Positions 15,059 to 29,481 of a stretch of 64,000 bases of DNA are shown here, piece by piece. The notes under the pieces are model-generated. The model was given only the letters and a program-made list of their open reading frames with translations, was not told the DNA's origin and searched no databases. A program made the translations under genes and the position numbers. The first letter of the stretch is position 1; every line of letters begins with the position of its first letter. The stretch lies in assembly GCA_964016885.1 (NCBI GenBank), contig OZ024744.1, positions 60,016,001 to 60,080,000 on the forward strand, given 5' to 3'. This stretch comes from Eledone cirrhosa (taxonomy: Eukaryota).

Positions 15059-15475
15059 CGATTCTATTTTACCGGGACCGGTTACATAGCATCTTCAAAA
15101 AAAAAAAAAAAAAAGAAAGACATGCATACATATATAAACACTACAAAAAATACGAGGTAATATTTAAAAGATTAATTTTGCAGTTAATTCCGTTTTTAAA
15201 TGAATAATGATTAACTTACAAGGGTATTGATTTACCGCTCGGGTTTATTTTTTTTTTCAAGTAATCCTCCTCATCATCGTCGTAATCGTCATCATCATCC
15301 TCTTCAATATCATCATCATCGTTGTCGTCGTATTCCTCTGTGTAGTCACCATCATCGTTGTATACATCCTCTTTTACTCTCATCTTCGAAAACTTGATCA
15401 TCTCTGCCTTCTTGTTTGCTTTGCTTTGCCTATTAGATTAATTGTTTTCACAAACCGACGACGCTCCAACAGATG

Positions 15476-15582
<107 letters not shown>

Positions 15583-16081
15583 TGATAGATATGCTGCTGG
15601 TTTGTTTGATCTATTGGATTTTGAGATCGATCGATCGATTGATTGAAATACAGATACTTATCAAGATTTTGGAGAGAAAGTAATCGATTCTTGCCCAATC
15701 CCAAGCTTGTTTTCCTTTGTTTTCAAAACTAGTTTTTCCTAGATTTGTCTTTTCACATTTCACTTTCTTACAAAATCTCTCTATCTCCCCCTCTCTCTCT
15801 CTCTCTCTATCACACACTTTCTCATTCCCTCTCTCTTTCTCTCTCACATACATGCACTCTCTCTCTCGTTCCTTATCTCAATAATTTCTTTTTCATTGCC
15901 CACCTATCTCTCCCTCCTTCTCTCTCTCTCTCTCTCTCTCTTTCATTTCTTATCTCCTCATCTATTTATTTTCATTCACATCCCTTTTCTCTTTTCCTTT
16001 CTCTTTTTCCGTCCCTCTTCTCTTTCACTCTTTCTCCCTCTCTATGTCTCTGTCTTTCTCTACCCTCCACTCTCTTTCTCT

Positions 16082-16132
<51 letters not shown>

Positions 16133-16194
16133 TATATATGAAAAAGTATGACCCCGACGGCAGAGCTCAAGCCATTTCGATGGGTATTTCTATT

Positions 16195-16265
<71 letters not shown>

Positions 16266-16497
16266 CTCAGTTTTCTTGTAATACCGATGTTAATACCGAA
16301 GAACTTAGGACGCCAGTGAAACAGTGGACTAACAGACAGTTACTGTAATCGCCTTTACATGTAATCTTGCAAAAAATAAAATAAAACTGTACCTGAATAT
16401 CGTTAAAATGTGTTTATTCTTTATATGTATTTATATGTATTTATATGTATATATATATGTATATATATATGTATATATATATGTATATATATATGTA

Positions 16498-16571
<74 letters not shown>

Positions 16572-16695
16572 TTATTTTATTTTATTTTATTTATTATTTT
16601 TTTTTTTTTTGCTTTTTCATTAATTCTTCTGATAAAGTATGAAAAGGGCACTGGTGTTAGCTTTATATTCCGTATCTGCACTCCTATCAGGTATA

Positions 16696-16826
<131 letters not shown>

Positions 16827-17412
16827 CTCTCTTTATATATATATATATATATAAAGAGAGAGAGAGAGAGATACATACATACATACACATATACATACAT
16901 ACATGCATACATACATACATACATACATACATACATACATACATACACACATACATACATACATACATACATACATACATACATACATACCTACATACCT
17001 ACATACACACATACATACATACATACATACATACATACATACATACATACATACATACATACATAAATACATATCTAAAAACAACACCATATGCTACAGC
17101 TCAGCAGAAACAATACCGTAAATACTATTCTTGTAACCGGGGCGGTGTCCGTGGTGGTGGTGGTGGGGGTGAGAATATGGAGCGCGGGGTTTGTTGATTA
17201 GACAGAGGGAATGTTCGAAATAGATCAAATATGGAGGCAACTGCATGTAATTGCTGCTTCATCGAAAGAACGATCGTGAGGTGAGGCCAAAGAAAAAAGT
17301 GTATAAAATCTTAAAAAGAGAAACATTTTCGCCTACCCCTACCTGCTCGCACTGTTTTGCCCTGCACTTTTCAATGTCTATCCCACACACACATATATAT
17401 GTATACATATAA

Positions 17413-17454
<42 letters not shown>

Positions 17455-17459
<5 letters not shown>

Positions 17460-17676
17460 AACGAGTAGGACCCCGACGGCTGAGCTCAAGCCGTTTGGAC
17501 GGCTAATTCTGGACTAAATTAGCCAGATTTTAGCTAATTAGTCCAGAATTATCCGTCGAAACGGCTTGAGCTCAGCCGTCGGAGTCCTACTCGTTCCTAT
17601 TACCCACTCTACTACCCTAAGTATTGAGTACTTTGGTGCGTTATGGTTCACCTGGTTCCTTACCACATTTCCTTCG

Positions 17677-17680
<4 letters not shown>
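17455..17680. mobile_element. Inverted pair of fragments of the 495-1880 hammerhead-bearing family
   Basis: 17455-17517 is the reverse complement of ~17538-17600, followed by the family terminus and (TA)n. Confidence 0.7.
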
Positions 17681-17717
<37 letters not shown>

Positions 17718-17746
17718 TGGTTCCACAACAGTTAGTTCACCATTAC

Positions 17747-17792
17747 CGAGAACAATTGTTTCACCTTTCACCTTATTCGGATCATCAGCTCG
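17747..17792 (-). ncRNA. Minimal hammerhead motif within a fold-back
   Basis: cgag-CTGATGA-tccgaataaggtgaaaggt-GAAA-caattg-TT-ctcg. Confidence 0.6.
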
Positions 17793-17919
17793 ATTATCCG
17801 AATAAGGTGAAACAATTGTTCTCGGTAATGGTGAACTAACTGTTGTGTGGAACTACTTCTACCAAACTCATCCCATGGACTGAGTGCTCTACTATTACGG
17901 ATATAACCGACTATATATA

Positions 17920-18510
17920 TCATCATCATCATCATCATCATCATCATTTTACGTCCGCTTTTCCATGCTTGCAAGGGTGGCACGGGTCCTATTCAGCACA
18001 GCATCTCTCGATTCGTCACGGTCCTTCGTCATGTCCTCTGTGAGCTTCAGCGATCTGAGGTCAGCTCTTACCACCTCCAGCCATGATTTTCATGGTCTTC
18101 CTCTACTGCGCCTTCTTTCTACTGGGATTTCTTGGCACTTCTTTACCCAGTGGTCATCCTCCAGGCGCATCACATGTCCATACCAACGCAGTCTTCTCTC
18201 CCGCACACTACAGCCTATCCCTCTTAATCACAGTTTCCCTCCCAACTCATTCAAGCACATTGACATTGCACATCCATCAGAGCATTCTTGCTTCATTTAT
18301 CTCCAGCCGTCGCATATCCACCGCAGTTGCTGCCCATGTCTCACTACCATGCAGCATCGCGCTCCTCACACAGTCATCATATAACCGGCCTTTCGTACGC
18401 AGGGAGAAACCCTTCTTTGTCAACAGAGGGAGCAGCTCCCTAAACTTCTTCCAGCCCGTCCTTATTCTAGATACTATGGCCTCGGAGCACCTTCCTCCCT
18501 TGCTAATCTA
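17920..18510 (-). mobile_element. RTE-clade LINE 3' fragment with (ATG)n tail
   Basis: minus-strand RLRWYGHVMRLEDDHWVKKCQEIPVE..RGRP; tail gcatggaaaagcggacgtaaaatgatgatg. Confidence 0.85.
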
Positions 18511-19063
18511 ATCACACACACACACACATATATATTTATATATATATAGAGAGAGAGGGGGGGGAGACAGATAAACGACAGACAGACGGATTGGGAGATA
18601 GAGTATTTAGCAATAGCTAAAAGTTTAAGTACTATTATATGTACTCTTGCCGTCTATTGAAATAGATGTGACATGATCACACCTTAAAGCAGTAATAGCG
18701 AGACTCTTCTTTGTTAATTATACATAAATATAACGCCTATGCCCTCATATATACCCCTATTATGAACCATGCTATGTTAGTGCTTTTGCAATTAATCTTT
18801 GCCATTCGCGTTCAAACTATATGCAAATGAACTATTATGCAAATGAACATATCCAGTTGATATTTCATACGCAGAAAATCATATTAAGTTTTGAGCTTAT
18901 TCTTGCCTCAGTATCGAGTGAGTAAATGTCACCGACGACGGATAAAAATACAGAAATAAATATTTGGCATTCTCAGCAGCTACTGAGATAGTTGTGGCAT
19001 GATAATATTTAAAACAACATTAACATATCGTATATGCCTTTATTGCACACACACACACACACA

Positions 19064-19162
<99 letters not shown>

Positions 19163-19181
19163 GCACACACACAAACACTTT

Positions 19182-19216
<35 letters not shown>

Positions 19217-19414
19217 TAAGTATTTCCGTAGAAAAGATAAAGGAAAGAAGAGACCTCTATGTATTGTACAGAGCTATTAATTACATAATAAACAACACAA
19301 CATAATAATTTTATTACCGAAGGTTTCGAGAAACTAGATGATTCTTACAGAAAACATCTAGCTCGTTCGTCAAGACAAAACAATTAACTATATTGTGTGG
19401 TATATATATATCTA

Positions 19415-19480
<66 letters not shown>

Positions 19481-19576
19481 AAAAGTTATGAAACGAAAGG
19501 AGCTGTGTGGTTACTAAAAACAAGGTTTAGGATGGTGGTTAGGACGGAACAGGAGGAGAAAGGAAGAAAGGAGTTT

Positions 19577-19648
19577 CCATCGTCAGCTGTAAATGTTTCC
19601 CGAACCGATGTTTCGGCGCTGAATTACAGGACATCGGTGTAGTTCGGG
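19577..19648 (-). ncRNA. Putative non-circularly permuted hammerhead ribozyme
   Basis: accgatg-TC-ctgtaa-ttcagcgcc-GAAA-catcggt...ttacag-CTGACGA-tgg. Confidence 0.6.
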
Positions 19649-20312
19649 TGCGCCCGAGGCCTTTTAATTAATCAAAAGGCCAGATGGAAAAGGAGAGAGA
19701 AAGAGAGAAAAAGAGGGGGAGAAAAAAGGAGAGAGAAAAGGAAAGAGAGGGAAAGGAGGAAGAACAGGGGGGGGGATGAGGAGAGAGGCAGAAAGGGGGA
19801 AGGGAAAAGGGGAAAAATAGGAAATGAATAGGACAAAAAAAAGTGTACAGGTCCCATCGTGGAAAGACACAGGTGAAAGAAACATGCAAAAAAGTAACCG
19901 TGGAAAAATAGGGAAAGTAAGTAAGTTTTGGCCAACCAGGGAGACTTTAGCCTGGTGGTCAGCTACGACTCAGAGCTGGTATAATCGTGCTGCCTCTCAC
20001 ATAGACAGGAGAAAGTGAGAGAGAGTCACGGGTAACCAAAAGTGATGAGGCGAAGGGAAAGGGAGATAATCCAGAAGGGTTTTTTACGACGGTGGTAAAA
20101 ACGTGCCGCAAAGATTGCGGACAGAGAAGCCACCACGGCACGTGTAAACATGTCAACAATCAAAACCGAACGGATGGATAGAGAGAGAGAGGGGGAGAGA
20201 GAAAAAAACGAGAGTGAGGAGGAGAATGGAAGAGAGAAGGAAGGGTCGATGCGAAGTGTGGAGGGAACACAGATCGACCAAAGCAGGTAGGGTCACAGCG
20301 GTAAATACAAAA

Positions 20313-20359
<47 letters not shown>

Positions 20360-20475
20360 TATTTTCCGTAGTGTTGTAATATAAGATAGTAGATAGCAGC
20401 TGTTTTCAGGTTATGTAACTGTTATAGAAACACGTGTCAATAAATTCCTTTTAACTAAACTGTATCCATTAAAAT

Positions 20476-20519
<44 letters not shown>

Positions 20520-20521
<2 letters not shown>

Positions 20522-21570
20522 GAGGGTGCTGGAGACGAATGGATACCCAGCCTCACTTACAAGCAGAGTAAGAGACACCAGACGCAAGAGGCAGAGAAAC
20601 ACCCAAAGCAAGTGCTTCCTTAAAATGCCGCACCTGGGCGAGAAAACCACCAACTCTATCCGCAGGGCCATACGGAGGGAGTGCCTCGACATCCACTTGG
20701 CCCACTCGGGCCCCTCCAGGAAACCCGAGAAATTGGTTGACGCGTGTTCCCGCAGCAACTGTCCGATGCGCCAAACGAACTGTTGCTTACGCACGTACGT
20801 TATATACAAGGTAGAATGTGACAAGTGCAACGATTACTACATCGGTAGCACAATCCGGTCACTACATGTCCGGATCAAGGAACACATCAACACCAGGGCC
20901 TCGTCTTTCCAGAAACACATAACCAAATGCGGAAACAAAGACGGACGGCCCATTCTCACAGTGTTAGTGACAGAACGCAACGTCGGCACTTTAAGAATCA
21001 AGGAAGCTCTTTGAATCAAACGCCTAGGACCACAAATAAATAACCGATCCGAGAGATGCGAGACGAGATGGCTGGTGTAAACAAATGAAACAACAACACA
21101 CACACAGTGGCAATCGAACGATTGTTATTGTGTGTATAGCGTGTCCACCATCCACCGACCAGCAAACAACAATCAGGCAGACTACCAATACTGCCAGTAT
21201 CAAAGACTGAATATAAGTAGTATAATAGATTGACAGCGAAGCACCATCCCACTACCCTATTAAAGAAGAACTGCCTCGACCTTTGCCTGACTGCAGCTAT
21301 TCCGCCCGCACGTGCGACCTACAGAGTATTTCAGTTGTACACAAACGGCAGACAACAGAGGCCACTTGTTGTTCCTCTCCGACTAAAAGCTTTCCCCCTC
21401 GGAAAACCCCCAGTTGATGGATGCGAAATCCGATATATAGGGACAAGTAAATCATTCCAAGGTAACTCTATCTCGTGTTATTATTCTTACACTCTTTCCT
21501 ACGTTCCTCTACACCCTATACGTTTCATTCTACATTTCCTCTTACATCTCTCTCTCATTACCACCTGATT
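20520..21570 (+). mobile_element. Penelope-like element 3' part (GIY-YIG endonuclease + 3' repeat)
   Basis: NGYPASL...VIYKVECDKCNDYYIGSTIRSLHVRIKEH...LRIKEAL. Confidence 0.88.
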
Positions 21571-21689
21571 CTGTTACCCGGAGATTTACTCATCTGCATT
21601 GTTGAGGCTTCCAAAATGACCAATTTTATTATTCCACAATGCTTCAAGCAAAGTTCAACACTCTCTTATATATATATATATATATATAT

Positions 21690-22313
<624 letters not shown>

Positions 22314-22369
22314 CATTAATAAAGATGGTGATGTTACATAAAGCGTTTATTCATTATAATTATTTCAAC

Positions 22370-22590
22370 GGGCGGTGGATTGGCAGTATCGGTAGAGGGC
22401 CGGACGCCATGCTTTGCAGCATAGAGTTACGGTTCTTTATGATCTGAGTTCAAATCCCGCCGAGGTTAACTTTGCCTTTCATCCTTACAGGGTCGATAAA
22501 ATAAAGTACCAGTAATGCACTGGAGTCGATTTAATCGACATTCCCCTCCCCAAAAATTGCTGGCCTTGTGTCTATATCAGAAACAATAAT
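22370..22590 (+). mobile_element. tRNA-derived SINE (MetaSINE-like central domain)
   Basis: A box tggcagtatcgg, B box gagttcaaatcc, domain ccgaggttaactttgcctttcatcct..ggtcgataaaataaagtaccag; more than 10 copies in the window. Confidence 0.85.
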
Positions 22591-22744
22591 AATTATTTCA
22601 ACGGTTCTCCCATGCAATCAAGATGTAATTCATGCATTTGTTGTTGCTATGAGAACGGTATCCTCAGATGAAATTCGATTTTGTGATATGCCGCCGGCAG
22701 GAAAAAACGTCCTTTTGCTCGTGCATCCAGCAGACATATGAGTC

Positions 22745-22824
<80 letters not shown>

Positions 22825-23024
22825 ATACTTGGGGAGGGTCATATTGTTGTAATAATATTGCCAGAATTAATAACAGAACACACTCACTGTTTGGTTGGTT
22901 TTCGCTTCTGTATCTTTTATATCTCCATAGTTAATTCATATTCGGCAATCAATGTTTATCATTGATTGAACAACGGTCAAAAATACAGATATAAATATAG
23001 ATATAAATACATATATATAGTCTA

Positions 23025-23065
23025 ACAAAGTTCTTTCGTTGCACATCTGCAACATCATCAGTTGT
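23025..23065 (-). ncRNA. Hammerhead motif in Penelope terminal repeat
   Basis: CTGATGA-t-gttgca-gatg-tgcaac-GAAA-gaac-TT-tgt; helix I weak. Confidence 0.55.
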
Positions 23066-24506
23066 ACTATTATGTTTCCTCCTGTTGTATTGTATGTCTA
23101 CGTCATTTTTATTTTATCTGCTTATTTATTTTTGTCTTCTTCTCTGCGCATGCGTTTGTGTATAGTGTTTGGGTGACTGTTTTGGTTATTGCATTCTATC
23201 TTAGTTTACTATATGTGTTTTTTGTTATTGTGCTTGTGAATGTATTTATTTATTTATATTTCTCTTAAGTTAGTATTATTTGTTTGGGTGTTGTTATTCC
23301 ATTCATTTTTTTTCTGTTTAGCTTTGGCTTTCTAAGCTCTATTTCGCTGGCCTCTTTGATTTGCTTACCTGCTAGGTCATTTCTATGTTTAGATATTATT
23401 TTAATTTCTTTGTTGTCTATGTTACCGTCATGTTGTTGTCTGGCGTGTTCTTATAGTACTGAACCGTTTTGTCGTCCTTTTAGTTCCCCCAGTGTTGGTC
23501 TATCCTTTCACATATGCTACGAGCTGTCTCGCCTCTGTATGTTGTTGTCATGTTTCTGCAAGTACCCTCTGTACATCTTATGCTATAGACTACATTTCTA
23601 GTTTTACAGTTTATCCGGGGGTTTGCTTTACATATAACACATTTCTTATTAATACAGTGGGTTTTCTTAAAAGGGTATGTTTTGCTGACCGGGGATTTTA
23701 TGATAGTTTATGGCTTTTCTACCACTTTAATCTTTAAATGGGTATTTCTCAGGGCTTTTCTACATTGGTTAGCTAATTTCCCTCCAGGGGTAACGTCCAC
23801 GAACATGACACTCTGATATCTCTGGTTGTCGTACCATGAGGTGGCTTTCCCTATCTTATGTCTAGCCCTATCTAAGCTATTCCATGATTTGCTCCTGTAT
23901 AATGGGCAAATTCCTTTCATGTCCAGTTCTATGAAGGTCTTATACTTCTCTGTGGCTCCTTTGTATACTCTAATTCTGTCTCTTTGGTTGTAGCCAGAGA
24001 ACTGCATGCGCTTGATGAAGTGTTGGATGTGTCTTTCCATTTCTGTTGGGTCGCACATGTGGGACACGTTCTTTCTCACTCCTACCAAGTCTGCGATCAG
24101 AATATTAAACTTAGCACTACTGGACATTGCTGAGTTTTTGAGTATCAGGTATTTGGAGGCCATGGGTTTAGCGTAGTGTGAGTGGAGAATTTGGGCCCTC
24201 TCGTGTCTAATGTAGGTAGTCTATTGTTAGGGTGTTTGAAAGGGAAGTCGATAGTTACAGTTATACTCTGGTGTATGGAGTTAGCTATCTGCTGGATGCT
24301 TTCCATTGTGCTACATTCTAAATCAAACTTGTTAGTGCTCTCTTGTGGGGATGTTCTTATTACCATATTAATATCGTCTACGTAACGAGAGTACATGATG
24401 AGGTCTATGGAGCTCTCTTCAAGGAGAAGACAAAAATAAATAAATAAATAAACAGATAAAATAAAAATGGCGTCGATATACAATACAACAGGAGGAAACA
24501 TAATAG

Positions 24507-24548
24507 TATCACTGATGATGTTGCAGATATGCAACGAAAGAACTTTGT
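24507..24548 (+). ncRNA. Hammerhead motif in the inverted Penelope repeat
   Basis: ca-CTGATGA-t-gttgca-gata-tgcaac-GAAA-gaac-TT-tg. Confidence 0.55.
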
Positions 24549-24773
24549 TAGACTATATATATGTATTTATATCCATATTTTTGACCGTTGGTCAATCAAT
24601 GATAAACATTGATGGCCAAATAAATTAACTATGGAGATATAAAAGACACAAAAGCGAAAACCAACCAAACAGTGAGTGTGTTCTGTTATTATTTCTGGCA
24701 ATAATATCACAATATGACCTCCCCAAGTATAACAATATCTGTTTCGACACACGATTTCATATCAAAAACTCGC

Positions 24774-24925
<152 letters not shown>

Positions 24926-24934
24926 TACACATAT

Positions 24935-24987
<53 letters not shown>

Positions 24988-25075
24988 TTACACAAGTATC
25001 AAAATTATGTTTAAAACATTTAATCGCTGACAATTGTTTCTTCCAAACTTAAGCTTGGAGTCCTTTTATAGGATA

Positions 25076-26262
25076 CTAGCAGAATGGCCTGGCGTTGCTC
25101 GGGATTTGCTCTAGGGTTCTTATACATTTGATATATTTTTATCCTTATCGAGCCTCGTGAAATAAATACGTTTGTTTATATTTTGTTATTGTGTATACAA
25201 AAATATCTGTACACGAATATATAATTATATATAATTATATATATATATTAAAATAACAGATTAAAGTTTAAGCAAAAAATCACTGCTTTCACACTTAACG
25301 GGATCTTCTGAAACTAAAAAAATCAATCTGTGAACGCAGAAAATGAATCGCTGCTTTCACCCTTAACAGAATCTTCTACCTAAAAGCAGTATGAAGTACA
25401 CTAAGACTAACTGATATAATCGTTGGCCTTTTTTGTTTATATTTTGTTTTTGTGTCTGCAAAAATATCTGTCAGTGATGCATGTGATTATGTAATCACCA
25501 GCCTTGTTTGTTTATATTTTGTTTTTGTGTATGCAAAAATATCTGTACACGAATATCTATATTAAAATAATATATTAATGTTTAAGCAAAGAATCGCTGC
25601 TTTCAACCTTAACGGGATCTTCTGAAACTAAAAAAATCAATCTGTGAACGCAGATGTAAATATTTCGAAAAACGTTGCAGCCGAAGGAAAACAGGAAGAC
25701 GATACTTTGGTTCGTGAAGACGTTCCCTGGCATAAGAATATATATATATATATATACACACACACTATATATACATATATACACATATGGACACACTAGA
25801 AGAGGAAGACCAAGGTTAACGTATGTTGATGCCCTAAGGACAGACACTGGTCTGTTGGAGACGCAGGACATGGCAGCGACAATGAGGGACAGAGACCGCT
25901 GGAGAGAACTCGTCCATGGATCTCGGGAATTTTACCCGCCTTAGATAGATAGATAGATTTACACACACAGAAAGCATCATAATGTCGTAATGCAGACAGC
26001 CAGGCATACAGACAGATGTTATGAAGGCGCGACGTCATATCTATGTATCCATCTAAAAAGAGAAAGACTAAGAGAAAGAGAAAGAGATCGCTAAATCGTC
26101 TAATACGGTCCCTAGGGCATGGAAAATTTGAATTTTCTTTTGCTCAGAACACTCAATAGGACCATAAGTATTATATGTAAATTTTGAAAAAACGGTTGGG
26201 TGGTTCTCCAGGTTTAGGGAAACAGATACACAGACAGACATCCTCTGTTTTATATATACAGA
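25076..26262 (-). mobile_element. Non-autonomous Helitron with internal tandem duplications
   Basis: 3' hairpin cccgagcaacgccagg + CTAG like the 3545 element; 5' TCTGTATATATAAAAC + gtct microsatellite. Confidence 0.75.
25790..25960 (+). mobile_element. RTE 3' fragment nested in the Helitron, (AGAT)n tail
   Basis: RRGRPRLTYVDALRTDTGL...MRDRDRWRELV. Confidence 0.75.
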
Positions 26263-26849
26263 CTAGCAGAAAACCACCCGGGGCGGTTTTCTGCTAGTCT
26301 ATATATCTAAAACAGAGAATGTCTGTCTGTCAGCTCACTAAAACTTGAGAACCATCCAACCGATTGTTTTCAAACTTTAGACATATAATACTTATGGTCC
26401 TGTGAGTGTTTTGAGCAAAAAATATTTCAAATGTTCAATGCCCTAGGGACCGCATTAGGCGATTTAGCGTTCTCTCTATATAATTCTTAGTCTTTCTTTT
26501 TAGATAGATACATAGATATAACGTTGCGCCCTTATAATATCTGTCTGTATGTCTGGCTGTCTGCATTACGTCATTATGACGCGCTCAGCGCGATTCCCTC
26601 GGCCTCAGTGACCAAAGTCAGTGGAGAGGGGAAGGTAATGTTTCTGTAGCACGTGTTTTAGCGTCTATTCACTCTCTCTCTCTCCCTCTCTCCCTCCCGC
26701 TACCCCCCTCTCGTAGTCTGTCTCTTTCTTTCACTCTCACTCTCTCTCTGCGCACGTGTTTCCACTGTCGGACAGACAGACAGAGAAATTGCTGGTTATA
26801 TATATAAGTAGACTAGCAGAAAACCGCCCCACGGGTGGTTTTCTGCTAG
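26263..26849. mobile_element. Helitron 5'-end fragments bracketed by two palindromic CTAG hairpins
   Basis: ctagcagaaaacc-N9/N11-ggttttctgctag at 26263-26297 and 26813-26849; 26298-26580 is a diverged inverted copy of ~25975-26262. Confidence 0.7.
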
Positions 26850-27728
26850 TATATATATATATATTACACACACAGAAATGTATATATATTTCTGTGTGTA
26901 TATATATATATATTTCTGTGTGTGTATATATATATATATGGAGTGCTTGGAAAAATAAATTTCCCCTTCTTTCAGTAAATGAAAATACTCGGCGTGGCTT
27001 AATTCGCCATGGGGCCCGGGGCGCGGCCGTTGTTTTAACCGCCAAATAGTACCTTTAAATTACAGAACAAATCGGAACTATTATATAATTAATTGTTAAA
27101 CTGTTGAACTTTAAATTTTCTAACCTCTTTAATATTGAATATTGTTTATTAAATTTTTTTAACTTCATCCTAGAAGTCTAAACACTGTAAAACACTGACT
27201 CCCAATATATTCATCTCCGCTAAGATGCGGGTCCCTGTGAAAATTTTCTCGCGCCACTCCTGGCTTGACTGTGGTCTGACATTAATATCGACCTTTCTTC
27301 CTCTTCCTTTCTATCTTCCTTCTTGTAGCCATCAACCCTTACTTTTCTACTTCTCTCTTCCCTTCCTTCTCTCCTCTCCTCCTCCCGCAGACTTATCTTC
27401 CTTCCCCCTCTTGCTTGCCTATATCTGACCAGTAGTAGTTACCTTCCTCTTTTAGCTGACATTAACCCTGACTTCTCTTCTTCTTTCTTCCCCCTTCTTC
27501 TCCTTCCTTTCTTTCTTTCTTTTACCTTGTGTCATGGGATCGACGTTAACCTATGCTCCCATCTCTTTCTGTTTTCGTTCATCTGACCGGTAGTAGCATA
27601 CTATAAAATTTAGCCACGTCACTCCAGGGCGACCGGCTGAGGTTGAAGGAACAGAATAGCGGTCGCCCTCGGGTCTCGATTTTCAGCCCCATGGATTTTA
27701 CCTATTACATTCACGTATTATATTTCGA

Positions 27729-27786
27729 ATACCTGATGATATCACCGGATTCATACGGAACCCGGTCATTGAAATAATCATAGTAT
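27729..27786 (+). ncRNA. Hammerhead motif
   Basis: atac-CTGATGA-tatcaccgg..ccggtcatt-GAAA-taatca-TA-gtat. Confidence 0.6.
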
Positions 27787-27837
27787 AATAAACCTTTCAA
27801 GGATTTACACAAATCCAGCCTCCTGTCATTTCATTAT

Positions 27838-27873
<36 letters not shown>

Positions 27874-28293
27874 AATCTTTCATACATTTATTCATAAAAT
27901 TAATTATATACATGACTATATATCCATATATTTAACCATATATACGTATATGTTATAATATACTACCCTACAACAATTTCCTTATATAACCAATATAAAT
28001 ATTTTTCATAACTTTAAAATATAAGACTTGCGTTTATATATATATGTTAATCTACGTACGCGAATATATCCGCTAATATTTCTACGGTTATATATATATT
28101 TATACATATATATCCACTAATTAATACATCACCCTAGAACGGCCGCTTTACGACCAATATAATTACGCTATTTTTCCTAAATTTTCAAACGTCTTTAATA
28201 ACATCTTTTTATCTTTTTATCTGTTTACCCTTTGTAAACAGACGTCGGAAGTTTATACTTTGGGTATGTCACTATCTTATACTTCAAATATTG

Positions 28294-28353
28294 TATTTTA
28301 TCTGATGAAAGCATACTACAATTTAGTATCCTTGAAATATGTATTATAAAATA
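28294..28353 (+). ncRNA. Minimal hammerhead motif
   Basis: tattttat-CTGATGA-aagcatacta..tagtatcctt-GAAA-tatgta-TT-ataaaata. Confidence 0.65.
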
Positions 28354-28397
28354 AATATGATTCTATAGTGATATTTTCCATTTATTACTATTGTTTA

Positions 28398-28950
<553 letters not shown>

Positions 28951-29273
28951 TTTATATATATATTGCATTACATGTAACACCCTGCCACACAATAATCGTA
29001 TAAAAATGAGACACACTTGCATGCTCCACGTGTAACTAACGCATTCACTACCTACTAGATCCGATTATCAAACTATCCTCTTGCATTATCTGTGTTATCT
29101 GCCGAATGTATTTTAATTTTGATTTTGATTTTGATTTTGAATTTGAATTGCTGTACAAAAATAGTATAGTATAATATATGTCACTCCACTGTATAGCAAT
29201 ATATATATATGTATGTATCTGTATGTCTCTTGCGTTGGAAAGGAGGTCAATTATGTGTACAAACATTGAAAAA

Positions 29274-29320
29274 TGCTCCGAAGACTCCAAGCCTATGTTT
29301 GGATGAAACAATTGTAAGTG
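29274..29320 (+). ncRNA. Degenerate hammerhead (U4C)
   Basis: tgct-CCGAAGA-ctccaag..tttggat-GAAA-caattg-TA-agtg; partial inverted homolog at ~25025-25065. Confidence 0.5.
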
Positions 29321-29350
29321 AATAAATGCTTTGAACAAAGCTTTGATTCT

Positions 29351-29481
<131 letters not shown>

